Origin: Eledone cirrhosa
Taxonomy: Eukaryota
NCBI GenBank assembly: GCA_964016885.1
Contig: OZ024742.1
Span: 167,028,001 to 167,092,000 of the forward strand
DNA length: 64,000 bases
Reading direction: 5' to 3'
This document shows, in pieces, positions 39,301 through 52,200 of this stretch; positions within the stretch are counted from its first letter, which is position 1, and each line of letters opens with the position of its first letter. A program made the position numbers and the translations under genes. The notes under the pieces are model-generated. The model saw only the letters and a program-made list of their open reading frames with translations, was not told the DNA's origin and did no database searches.

Positions 39301-42300
39301 AAAATCAGGGGGAGATAATTTGTAAAAAAAAAATCAGGGGGAGATAATTTGTAAAAAAAATCAGGGGGAGATAATTTGTAAAAAAAAATCAGGGGTAGAT
39401 AATTTGTAAAAAAAAATCAGGGGGAGATAATTTGTAAAAAAAAAATCAGGGGGAGATAATTTGTAAAAAAAATCAAGGGGAGATAATTTCCAGCCGTCCA
39501 AGGAGAGATAATTTTTAAAAAAAATCAGGCGGAGATAATTTGTAAAAAAAAATCAGGGGGAGATAATTTCCAGCCGTCGAAGGGAAGATAATTTCCAGCC
39601 CTCCAAGGGGCTATAATTTCCAGCGTCCAAGGGGAGATAATTTCCAGCCAGCGAAGGGGAGATAATTTTTTTAAAAAAATCATTGGGAGATTTGTAAAAA
39701 AAATCAGGGGGAGATAATTTGTAAAAAAAATCAAGGGGAGATAATTTCCAGCCGTCCAAGGGGAGGTAATATCTAGCCGTCCAAGGGGAGATAATTTCCA
39801 GCCGTCCAAGGGGAGATAATTTCCAGCCGTCCAAGGGTAGATAATATCCAGCCGTCCAAGTAGACATTTTCCAGCCGTCCAAGGAGAGGTAATTTCTAGC
39901 CGTCCAAGGGGAGATAAATTCCAGCCTCCAAGGGGAGATAATTTCCAGCCAGCCAAGGGGAGATAATTTGTAAAAAAATCAGGGGGAGATAATTTGTAAA
40001 AAAAATCAGGGGGAGATAATTTGTAAAAAAAAATCAGGGGGAGATAATTTGTAAAAAAAAATCAGGGGGAGATAATTTGTAAAAAAAAATCAGGGGGAGA
40101 TAATTTGTAAAAAAATCAAGGGGAGATAATTTCCAGCCGTCCAAGGGGAGATAATTTTCAGCCGTCCAAGGGGAGATAATTTCCAGCCGTCCAAGGGGAG
40201 ATAATTTCCATCCTTCCAAGGGGAGATAATTTGTAAAAAAAAATCAGGGGGAGATAATTTGTAAAAAAAAATCAAGGGGAGATAATTTCCAGCCGTCCAA
40301 GGGGAGATAATTTTCAGCCGTCCAAGGGGAGATAATTTCCCGCCAGCCAAGGGAAGATAATATTTAAAAAAATCAGGCGGAGATAATTTGTAATAAAAAT
40401 CAGGGGGAGATAATTTGTAAAAAAATCAGGGGGAGATAATTTGTAAAAAAAAAATCAGGGGGAGATAATTTGTAAAAAAAATCAGGAGGAGATAATTTGT
40501 AAAAAAAAATCAGGGGTAGATAATTTGTAAAAAAAAATCAGGGGGAGATAATTTGTAAAAAAAAATCAGGGGGAGATAATTTGTAAAAAAAATCAAGGGG
40601 AGATAATTTCCAGCCGTCCAAGGAGAGATAATTTAAAAAAAAAATCAGGCGGAGATAATTTGTAAAAAAAAATCAAGGGGAGATAATTTGTAAAAAAAAA
40701 TCAGGGGGAGATAATTTGTAAAAAAAATCAAGGGGAGATAATTTCCAGCCGTCCAAGGGAAGATAATTTCCAGCACTCCAAGGGGCTATAATTTCCAGTG
40801 TCCAAGGGGAGATAATTTCCAGCCAGCGAAGGGGAGATAATTTTTTTAAAAAAATCAGGGGGAGATATGTAAAAAAAATCAGAGGGAGATAATTTCTAAA
40901 AAAAATCAAAGGGAGATAATTTCCAGCCGTCCAAAGAGAGATAATTTCTAGCCGTCCAAGGGGAGATAATTTCCAGCCAAGGGGAGATAATTTCCAGCCG
41001 TCCAAAGGGGAGATAATTTTTTAAAAAATCAGGTGGAGATAATTTGTAAAAAAAATCAGGGGGAGATAATTTGTAAAAACAAAATCAAGGGCAGATAATT
41101 TCCAGCTGTCCAAGGGGAGATAATTTCCAGCCGTGCAAGGGGAGATAATTTCCAGCCGTCCAAGGGGAGATAATTTCCATCCTTCCAAGGGGAGATAATC
41201 TCCAGCCGTCCAAGGGGAGATAATTTCCCGCCAGCCAAGGGAAGATAATTTTTAAAAAAATCAGGCGGAGATTGTAAAAAAAATCAGGGGGAGATAATTT
41301 GTAAAAAAATCAGGGGGAGATAATTTGTAAAAAAAAAATCAGGGGAGATAATTTGTAAAAAAAAATCAGGGGGAGATAATTTGTAAAAAAAAAATCAGGG
41401 GGAGATAATTTGTAAAAAATAATCAGGGGTAGATAATTTGTAAAAAAAAATCAGGGGGAGATAATTTGTAAAAAAAAATCAGGGGGAGATAATTTGTAAA
41501 AAAATCAAGGGGAGATAATATGCAGCCGTCCAAGGGGAGATAATTTTCAGCCGTCCAAGGAGAGGTAATTTCTAGCCGTCCAAGGGGAGATAATTTCCAG
41601 CCGTCCAAGGGGAGATAATTTCAAGCCGTCCAAGGGGAGATAGTTTTTTTAAAAAAATCAGGCGGAGATAATTTGTAAAAAAAAAATCAGGGGGAGATAA
41701 TTTGTAAAAAAAAATCAGGGGGAGATAATTTGTAAAAAAAATCAGGGGGAGATAATTTGTAAAAAAAATCAAGGGGAGATAATTTCCAGCCGTCCAAGGG
41801 AAGATAATTTCAAGCCCTCCAAGGGGCTATAATTTCCAGTGTCCAAGGGGAGATAATTTCCAGCCAGCGAAGGGGAGATATTTTTTTTTTAAAAATCAGG
41901 GGGAGATTTGTAAAAAAAATCAGGGGGAGATAATTTGCAAAAAAAATCAAAGGGAGATAATTTCCAGCCGTCCAAAGAGAGATAATTTCTAGCCGTCCAA
42001 GGGGAGATAATTTCGAGCCAAGGGGAGATAATTTCCAGCCGTCCAAGGGGAGATAATTTTTTAAAAAATCAGGTGGAGATAATTTGTAAAAAAAATCAGG
42101 GGGAGATAATTTGTAAAAACAAAATCAAGGGCAGATAATTTCCAGCTGTCCAAGGGGAGATAATTTCCAGCCGTGCAAGGGGAGATAATTTCCAGCCGTC
42201 CAAAGGGAGATAATTTCCATCCTTCCAAGGGGAGATAATTTCCAGCCGTCCAAGGGGAGATAATTTCCCGCCAGCCAAGAGAAGATAATTTTTTAAAAAA

Positions 42301-45300
42301 TCAGGCGGAGATTGTAAAAAAAATCAGCGGGAGATAATTTGTAAAAAAATCAGGGGGAGATAATTTGTAAAAAAATCAAGGGGAGATAATTTCCAGCTCT
42401 CCAAGGGGAGGTAATATCTAGCCGTCCAAGGGGAGATAATTTCCAGCCGTCCAAGGGGAGATAATTTCCAGCCGTCCAAGGGTAGATAATATCCAGCCGT
42501 CCAAGGAGACATATTTTCCAGCCGTCCAAGGAGAGGTAATTTCTAGCCGTCCAAGTGGAGATAAATTCCAGCCTCCAAGGGGAGATAATTTCCAGCCAGC
42601 CAAGGGGAGATAATTTGTAAAAAAATCAGGGGGAGATAATTTGTAAAAAAAATCAGGGGGAGATAATTTGTACAAAAAATCAGGGGTAGATAATTTGTAA
42701 AAAAAAATCAGGGGGAGATAATTTGTAAAAAAAATCAAGGGGAGATAATTTGCAGCCGTCCAAGGGGAGATAATTTTCAGCCGTCCAAGGAGAGGTAATT
42801 TCTAGCCGTCCAAGGTGAGATAATATCCAGCCGTCCAAGGGGAGATAATTTCCAGCCGTCCAAGGGGAGATAATTTTTAAAAAAAAACAGGCGGAGATAA
42901 TTTGTAAAAAAAAAATCAGGGTGAGATAATTTGTAAAAAAAAATCAGGGGGAGATAATTTGTAAAAAAAAATCAGGGGGAGGTAATTTATAAAAAAAATC
43001 AAGGGGAGATAATTTCCAGCCGTCCAAGGGAAGATAATTTCCAGCCCTCCAAGGGGCTATAATTTCCAGCGTCCAAGGGGAGATAATTTCCAGCCAGCGA
43101 AGGGGAGATAATTTTTTTTTTTTTAAATCAGGGGGACATAATTTGTAAAAAAAATAAGGGGGAGATAATCTGTAAAAAAAATCAAGGGGAGATAATTTGT
43201 AAAAAAATCAGGGGGAGATAATTTGTAAAAAAAAATCAGGGGGAGATAATTTGTAAAAAAAATCAAGGGGAGATAATTTGTAAAAAAAATCAAGGGGAGA
43301 TAATTTCCAGCCGTCCAAGGGGAGATAATTTTCAGCCGTCCAAGGGGAGATAATTTCCCGCCAGCCAAGGGAAGATAATATTTAAAAAAATCAGGCGGAG
43401 ATAATTTGTAAAAAAAATCAGGGGGAGATAATTTGTAAAAAAATCAGGGGGAGATAATTTGTAAAAAAAAAATCAGGGGGAGATTTGTAAAAAAAATCAG
43501 GGGGAGATAATTTGTAAAAAAAAATCAGGGGTAGATAATTTGTAAAAAAAAATCAGGGGGAGATAATTTGTAAAAAAAAATCAGGGGGAGATAATTTGTA
43601 AAAAAAATCAATTGGAGATAATTTCCAGCCGTCCAAGGGGAGATAATTTTCAGCCGTCCAAGGAGAGGTAATTTCTAGACGTCCAAGGGGAGATAATTTC
43701 CAGCCGTCCAATGGGAGATAATTTCCAGCCGTCCAAGGGGAGATAATTTTTAAAAAAAAATCAGGCGGAGATAATTTGTAAAAAAAATCTAGGGGAGATA
43801 ATTTGCAGCCGTCCAAGGGGAGATAATTTTCAGTCGTCCAAGGAGAGGTAATTTCTAGCCGTCCAAGGGGAGATAATTTCCAGCCGTCAAAGGGGAGATA
43901 ATTTCCAGCCGTCCAAGGGGAGATAATTTTTTTTAAAAAATCAGGCGGAGATAATTTGTAAAAAAAATCAGGGGGAGATAATTTGTAAAAAAAAATCAGG
44001 GGGAGATAATTTGTAAAAAAAAATCAGGGGGAGATAATTTGTAAAAAAAATCAAGGAGAGATAATTTCCAGCCGTCCAAGGGAAGATAATTTCAAGCCCT
44101 CCAAGGGGCTATAATTTCCAGTGTCCAAGGGGAGATAATTTCCAGCCAGCGAAGGGGAGATAATTTTTTTTTAAAAATCAGGGGGAGATTTGTAAAAAAA
44201 ATCAAGGGGAGATAATTTGTAAAAAAATCAGGGGGAGATAATTTGTAAAAAAAAAATCAGGGGGAGATAATTTGTAAAAAAAATCAGGGGGAGATAATTT
44301 GTAAAAAAAAATCAGGGGTAGATAATTTGTAAAAAAAAATCAGGGGGAGATAATTTGTAAAAAAAAAATCAGGGGGAGATAATTTGTAAAAAAAATCAAG
44401 GGGAGATAATTTCCAGCCGTCCAAGGAGAGATAATTTTTAAAAAAAATCAGGCGGAGATAATTTGTAAAAAAAAATCAAGGGGAGATAATTTGTAAAAAA
44501 AAATCAGGGGGAGATAATTTGTAAAAAAAATCAAGGGGAGATAATTTCCAGCCGTCCAAGGGAAGATAATTTCAAGCCCTCCAAGGGGCTATAATTTCCA
44601 GTGTCCAAGGGGAGATAATTTCCAGCCAGCGAAGGGGAGATAATTTTTTTAAAAAAATCAGGGGGAGATATGTAAAAAAAATCAGAGGGAGATAATTTCT
44701 AAAAAAAATCAAAGGGAGATAATTTCCAGCCGTCCAAAGAGAGATAATTTCTAGCCGTCCAAGGGGAGATAATTTCCAGCCAAGGGGAGATAATTTCCAG
44801 CCGTCCAAGGGGAGATAATTATTTAAAAAATCAGGGGGAGATAATTTGTAAAAACAAAATCAAGGGCAGATAATTTCCAGCTGTCCAAGGGGAGATAATT
44901 TCCAGCCGTGCAAGGGGAGATAATTTCCAGCCGTCCAAGGGGAGATAATTTCCATCCTTCCAAGGGGAGATAATTTCCAGCCGTCCAAGGGGAGATAATT
45001 TCCCGCCAGCCAAGGGAAGATAATTTTTTAAAAAATCAGGCGGAGATTGTAAAAAAAATCAGGGGGAGATAATTTGTAAAAAAATCAGGGGGAGATAATT
45101 TGTAAAAAAAAAATCAGGGGAGATAATTTGTAAAAAAAAATCAGGGGGAGATAATTTGTTAAAAAAAAATCAGGGGGAGATAATTTGTAAAAAAAATCAG
45201 GGGTAGATAATTTGTAAAAAAAAATCAGGGGGAGATAATTTGTAAAAAAAAATCAGTGGGAGATAATTTGTAAAAAAATCAAGGGGAGATAATATGCAGC

Positions 45301-46265
45301 CGTCCAAGGGGAGATAATTTTCAGCCGTCCAAGGAGAGTTAATTTCTAGCCGTCCAAGGGGAGATAATTTCCAGCCGTCCAAGGGGAGATAATTTCCAGC
45401 CGTCCAAGGGGAGATAGTTTTTTTAAAAGAATCAGGCGGAGATAATTTGTAAAAAAAAAATCAGGGGGAGATAATTTGTAAAAAAAAATCAGGGGGAGAT
45501 AATTTGTAAAAAAAAATCAAGGGGAGATAATTTGTTAAAAAAATCAGGGGGAGATAATTAGTAAAAAAATCAAGGGGAGATAATTTCCAGCCGTCCAAGG
45601 GGAGGTAATATCTAGCCGTCCAAGGGGAGATAATTTCCAGCCGTCCAAGGGTAGATAATATCCAGCCGTCCAAGTAGACATATTTTCCAGCCGTCCAAGG
45701 AGAGGTAATTTCTAGCCGTCCAAGGGGAGATAAATTCTAGCCTCCAAGGGGAGATAATTTCCAGCAAGCCAAGGGGAGATAATTTGTAAAAAAATCAGGG
45801 GGAGATAATTTGTAAAAAAAATCAGGGGGAGATAATTTGTAAAAAAAAATCAGGGGGAGATAATTTGTAAAAAAAATCAGGGGGAGATAATTTGTAAAAA
45901 AAAATCAGGGGGAGATAATTTGTAAAAAAAAATCAGGGGGAGATAATTTGTAAAAAAAAATCAGGGGGAGATAATTTGTAAAAAAAATCAAGGGGAGATA
46001 ATTTCCAGCCGTCCAAGGGGAGATAATTTCCAGCCGTCCAAGGGGAGGTAATATCTAGCCGTCCAAGGGGAGATAATTTCCAGCCGTCCAAGAGGAGATA
46101 ATTTCCAGCCGTCCAAGGGAAGATAATTTCAAGCCCTCCAAGGGGCGATAATTTCCAGTGTCCAAGGGGAGATAATTTCCAGCCAGCGAAGGGAAGATAA
46201 TTTTTTTTTAAAAATCAGGGGGAGATTTGTAAAAAAAATCAGGGGGAGATAATTTGTAAAAAAAA
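36384..46265 (+). repeat. ~9.8 kb HOR, copy 3 (a partial fourth copy continues to ~46690)
   Basis: Same marker order. Offsets from copy 2 are 9832-9882. Confidence 0.95.
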
Positions 46266-49200
46266 TCAAGGGGAGATAATTTCCAGCCGTCGAAGGGAAG
46301 ATAATTTCCAGCCCTCCAAGGGGCTATAATTTCCAGCGTCCAAGAGGAGATAATTTCCAGCCAGCGAAGGGGAGATAATTTTTTTAAAAAAATCATTGGG
46401 AGATTTGTAAAAAAAATCAGGGAGAGATAATTTGTAAAAAAAATCAAGGGGAGATAATTTCCAGCCGTCCAAGGGGAGGTAATATCTAGCCGTCCAAGGG
46501 GAGATAATTTCCAGCCGTCCAAGGGGAGATAATTTCCAGCCGTCCAAGGGTAGATAATATCCAGCCGTCCAAGTAGACATTTTCCAGCCGTCCAAGGAGA
46601 GGTAATTTCTAGCCGTCCAAGGGGAGATAAATTCCAGCCTCCAAGGGGAGATAATTTCCAGCCAGCCAAGGGGAGATAATTTGTAAAAAAAATCATGGGG
46701 AGATAATTTGTAAAAAAAAATCAGGGGGAGATAATTTGTAAAAAAAAATCAGGGGGAGATAATTTGTAAAAAAAAATCAGGGGGAGATAATTTGTAAAAA
46801 AATCAAGGGGAGATAATTTCCAGCCGTCCAAGGGGAGATAATTTTCAGCCGTCCAAGGGGAGATAATTTCCAGCCGTCCAAGGGGAGATAATTTCCATCC
46901 CTCCAAGGGGAGATAATTTCCAGCCGTCCAAGGGGAGATAATTTCCCGCCAACCAAGGGAAGATAATTTTTAAAAAAATCAGGCGGAGATTGTAAAAAAA
47001 ATCAGGGGGAGATAATTTGTAAAAAAAAAATCAGGGGGAGATAATTTGTAAAAAAAATCAGGGGGAGATAATTTGTAAAAAAAAATCAAGGGGAGATAAT
47101 TTGTACAAAAAATCAGGGGTATATAATTTGTAAAAAAAAATCAGGGGGAGGTAATTTGTAAAAAAAATCAGGGGGAGATAATTTGTAAAAAAAATCAAGG
47201 GGAGATAATTTGCAGCCGTCCAAGGGGAGATAATTTTCAGCCGTCCAAGGAGAGGTAATTTCTAGCCGTCCAAGGTGAGATAATATCCAGCCGTCCAAGG
47301 GGAGATAATTTCCAGCCGTCCAAGGGGAGATAGTTTTTTTAAAAAAATCAGGCGGAGATAATTTGTAAAAAAAAAATCAGGGGGAGATAATTTGTAAAAA
47401 AAAATCAGGGGGAGATAATTTGTAAAAAAAAATCAAGGGGAGATAATTTGTTAAAAAAATCAGGGGGAGATAATTAGTAAAAAAATCAAGGTGAGATAAT
47501 TTCCAGCCGTCCAAGGGGAGGTAATATCTAGCCGTCCAAGGGGAGATAATTTCCAGCCGTCCAAGGGGAGATAATTTCCAGCCGTCCAAGGGTAGATAAT
47601 ATCCAGCCGTCCAAGTAGACATATTTTCCAGCCGTCCAAGGAGAGGTAATTTCTAGCCGTCCAAGGGGAGATAAATTCTAGCCTCCAAGGGGAGAATATT
47701 TCCAGCAAGCCAAGGGGAGATAATTTGTAAAAAAATCAGGGGGAGATAATTTGTAAAAAAAATCAGGGGGAGATAATTTGTAAAAAAAAATCAGGGGGAG
47801 ATAATTTGTAAAAAAAATCAGGGGGAGATAATTTGTAAAAAAAAATCAGGGGGAGATAATTTGTAAAAAAAAATCAGGGGGAGATAATTTGTAAAAAAAA
47901 ATCAGGGGGAGATAATTTGTAAAAAAAATCAAGGGGAGATAATTTCCAGCCGTCCAAGGGGAGATAATTTCCAGCCGTCCAAGGGGAGGTAATATCTAGC
48001 CGTCCAAGGGGCTATAATTTCCAGTGTCCAAGGGGAGATAATTTCCAGCCAGCGAAGGGGAGATAATTTTTTTTTAAAAATCAGGGGGAGATTTGTAAAA
48101 AAAATCAGGGGGAGATAATTTGTAAAAAAAATCAAGGGGAGATAATTTCCAGCCGTCGAAGGGAAGATAATTTCCAGCCCTCCAAGGGGCTATAATTTCC
48201 AGCGTCCAAGGGGAGATAATTTCCAGCCAGCGAAGGGGAGATAATTTTTTTAAAAAAATCATTGGGAGATTTGTAAAAAAAATCAGGGAGAGATAATTTG
48301 TAAAAAAAATCAAGGGGAGATAATTTCCAGCCGTCCAAGGGGAGGTAATATCTAGCCGTCCAAGGGGAGATAATTTCCAGCCGTCCAAGGGGAGATAATT
48401 TCCAGCCGTCCAAGGGTAGATAATATCCAGCCGTCCAAGTAGACATTTTCCAGCCGTCCAAGGAGAGGTAATTTCTAGCCGTCCAAGGGGAGATAAATTC
48501 CAGCCTCCAAGGGGAGATAATTTCCAGCCAGCCAAGGGGAGATAATTTGTAAAAAAAATCATGGGCAGATAATTTGTAAAAAAAAATCAGGGGGAGATAA
48601 TTTGTAAAAAAAAATCAGGGGGAGATAATTTGTAAAAAAAAATCAGGGGGAGATAATTTGTAAAAAAATCAAGGGGAGATAATTTCCAGCCGTCCAAGGG
48701 GAGATAATTTTCAGCCGTCCAAGGGGAGATAATTTCCAGCCGTCCAAGGGGAGATAATTTCCATCCTTCCAAGGGGAGATAATTTCCAGCCGTCCAAGGG
48801 GAGATAATTTCCCGCCAACCAAGGGAAGATAATTTTTAAAAAAATCAGGCGGAGATTGTAAAAAAAATCAGGGGGAGATAATTTGTAAAAAAAAAATCAG
48901 GGGGAGATAATTTGTAAAAAAAATCAGGGGGAGATAATTTGTAAAAAAAAATCAAGGGGAGATAATTTGTACAAAAAATCAGGGGTATATAATTTGTAAA
49001 AAAAAATCAGGGGGAGGTAATTTGTAAAAAAAATCAGGGGGAGATAATTTGTAAAAAAAATCAAGGGGAGATAATTTGCAGCCGTCCAAGGGGAGATAAT
49101 TTTCAGCCGTCCAAGGAGAGGTAATTTCTAGCCGTCCAAGGTGAGATAATATCCAGCCGTCCAAGGGGAGATAATTTCCAGCCGTCCAAGGGGAGATAAT

Positions 49201-52200
49201 TTTAAAAAAAAAACAGGCGAAGATAATTTGTAAAAAAAAAATCAGGGGGAGATAATTTGTAAAAAAAAATCAGGGGGAGATAATTTGTAAAAAAAAATCA
49301 GGGGGAGGTAATTTGTAAAAAAAATCAAGGGGAGATAATTTCCAGCCGTCCAAGGGAAGATAATTTCCAGCCCTCCAAGGGGCTATAATTTCCAGCGTCC
49401 AAGGGGAGATAATTTCCAGCCAGCGAAGGGGAGATAATTTTTTTTTTTTTAAATTAGGGGGACATAATTTGTAAAAAAAATCAGGGGGAGATAATTTGTA
49501 AAAAAAATCAAGGGGAGATAATTTTTAAAAAAAAATCAGGGGGAGATAATTTGTAAAAAAAAATCAGGGGGAGATAATTTGTAAAAAAAATCAAGGGGAG
49601 ATAATTTGTAAAAAAAAATCAAGGGGAGATAATTTCCAGCCGTCCAAGGGGAGATAATTTTCAGCCGTCCAAGGGGAGATAATTTCCCGCCAGCCAAGGA
49701 AAGATAATATTTAAAAAAATCAGGCGGAGATAATTTGTAAAAAAAATCAGGGGGAGATAATTTGTAAAAAAATCAGGGGGAGATAATTTGTAAAAAAAAA
49801 ATCAGGGGGAGATAATTTGTAAAAAAAATCAGGGGGAGATAATTTGTAAAAAAAAATCAGGGGGAGATAATTTGTAAAAAAAAATCAGGGGGAGATAATT
49901 TGTAAAAAAAATCAATTGGAGATAATTTCCAGCCGTCCAAGGGGAGATAATTTTCAGCCGTCCAAGGAGAGGTAATTTCTAGACGTCCAAGGGGAGATAA
50001 TTTCCAGCCGTCCAAGGGTAGATAATATCCAGCCGTCCAAGGAGACATATTTTCCAGCTTTCCAAGGAGAGGTAATTTCTAGCCGTCCAAGGGGAGATAA
50101 ATTCCAGCCTCCAAGGGGAGATAATTTGTAAAAAAATCAGGGGGAGATAATTTGTAAAAAAAAATCAGGGGCAGATAATTTGTAAAAAAAATCAGGAGGA
50201 GATAATTTGTAAAAAAAATTAGGGGGAGATAATTTGTAAAAAAAATCAAGGGGAGATAATTTCCAGCCGTCCAAGGGGAGATAATTTTCAGCCGTCCAAG
50301 GGGAGATAATTTCCCGCCAGCCAAGGGAAGATAATATTTAAAAAATGAGGCGGAGATAATTTGTAAAAAAAATCAGGGGGAGATAATTTGTAAAAAAATC
50401 AGGGGGAGATAATTTGTAAAAAAAAAATCAGGGAGAGATAATTTGTAAAAAAAATCAGGGGGAGATAATTTGTAAAAAAAAATCAGGGGTAGATAATTTG
50501 TAAAAAAAAATCAGGGGGAGATAATTTGTAAAAAAAATCAGGGTGAGATAATTTGTAAAAAAAATCAAGGGGAGATAATTTCCAGCCGTCCAAGGGAAGA
50601 TAATTTCAAGCCCTCCAAGGGGCTATAATTTCCAGTGTCCAAGGGGAGATAATTTCCAGCCAGCGAAGGGGAGATAATTTTTTTTTTTAAATCAGGGGGA
50701 GATTTGTACAAAAAATCAGGGGGAGATAATTTGTAAAAAAAATCAAAGGGAGATAATTTCCAGCCGTCCAAAGAGAGATAATTTCTAGCCGTCCAAGGGG
50801 AGATAATTTCGAGCCAAGCGGAGATAATTTCCAGCCGTCCAAGGGGAGATAATTTTTTAAAAAATCAGGTGGAGATAATTTGTAAAAAAAATCAGGGGGA
50901 GATAATTTGTAAAAAAAAATCAAGGGGAGATAATTTGTTAAAAAAATCAGGGGGAGATAATTAGTAAAAAAATCAAGGGGAGATAATTTCCAGCCGTCCA
51001 AGGGGAGGTAATATCTAGCCGTCCAAGGGGAGATAATTTCCAGCCGTCCAAGGGTAGATAATATCCAGCCGTCCAAGTAGACATATTTTCCAGCCGTCCA
51101 AGGAGAGGTAATTTCTAGCCGTCCAAGGGGAGATAAATTCTAGCCTCCAAGGGGAGATAATTTCCAGCAAGCCAAGGGGAGATAATTTGTAAAAAAATCA
51201 GGGGGAGATAATTTGTAAAAAAAATCAGGGGGAGATAATTTGTAAAAAAAAATCAGGGGGAGATAATTTGTAAAAAAAATCAGGGGGAGATAATTTGTAA
51301 AAAAAAATCAGGGGGAGATAATTTGTAAAAAAAAATCAGGGGGAGATAATTTGTAAAAAAAAATCAGGGGGAGATAATTTGTAAAAAAAATCAAGGGGAG
51401 ATAATTTCCAGCCGTCCAAGGGGAGATAATTTCCAGCCGTCCAAGGGGAGGTAATATCTAGCCGTCCAAGGGGAGATAATTTCCAGCCGTCCAAGAGGAG
51501 ATAATTTCCAGCCGTCCAAGGGAAGATAATTTCAAGCCCTCCAAGGGGCGATAATTTCCAGTGTCCAAGGGGAGATAATTTCCAGCCAGCGAAGGGGAGA
51601 TAATTTTTTTTTAAAAATCAGGGGGAGATTTGTAAAAAAAATCAGGGGGAGATAATTTGTAAAAAAAATCAAGGGGAGATAATTTCCAGCCGTCGAAGGG
51701 AAGATAATTTCCAGCCCTCCAAGGGGCTATAATTTCCAGCGTCCAAGAGGAGATAATTTCCAGCCAGCGAAGGGGAGATAATTTTTTTAAAAAAATCATT
51801 CGGAGATTTGTAAAAAAAATCAGGGAGAGATAATTTGTAAAAAAAATCAAGGGGAGATAATTTCCAGCCGTCCAAGGGGAGGTAATATCTAGCCGTCCAA
51901 GGGGAGATAATTTCCAGCCGTCCAAGGGGAGATAATTTCCAGCCGTCCAAGGGTAGATAATATCCAGCCGTCCAAGTAGACATTTTCCAGCCGTCCAAGG
52001 AGAGGTAATTTCTAGCCGTCCAAGGGGAGATAAATTCCAGCCTCCAAGGGGAGATAATTTCCAGCCAGCCAAGGGGAGATAATTTGTAAAAAAAATCATG
52101 GGGAGATAATTTGTAAAAAAAAATCAGGGGGAGATAATTTGTAAAAAAAAATCAGGGGGAGATAATTTGTAAAAAAAAATCAGGGGGAGATAATTTGTAA

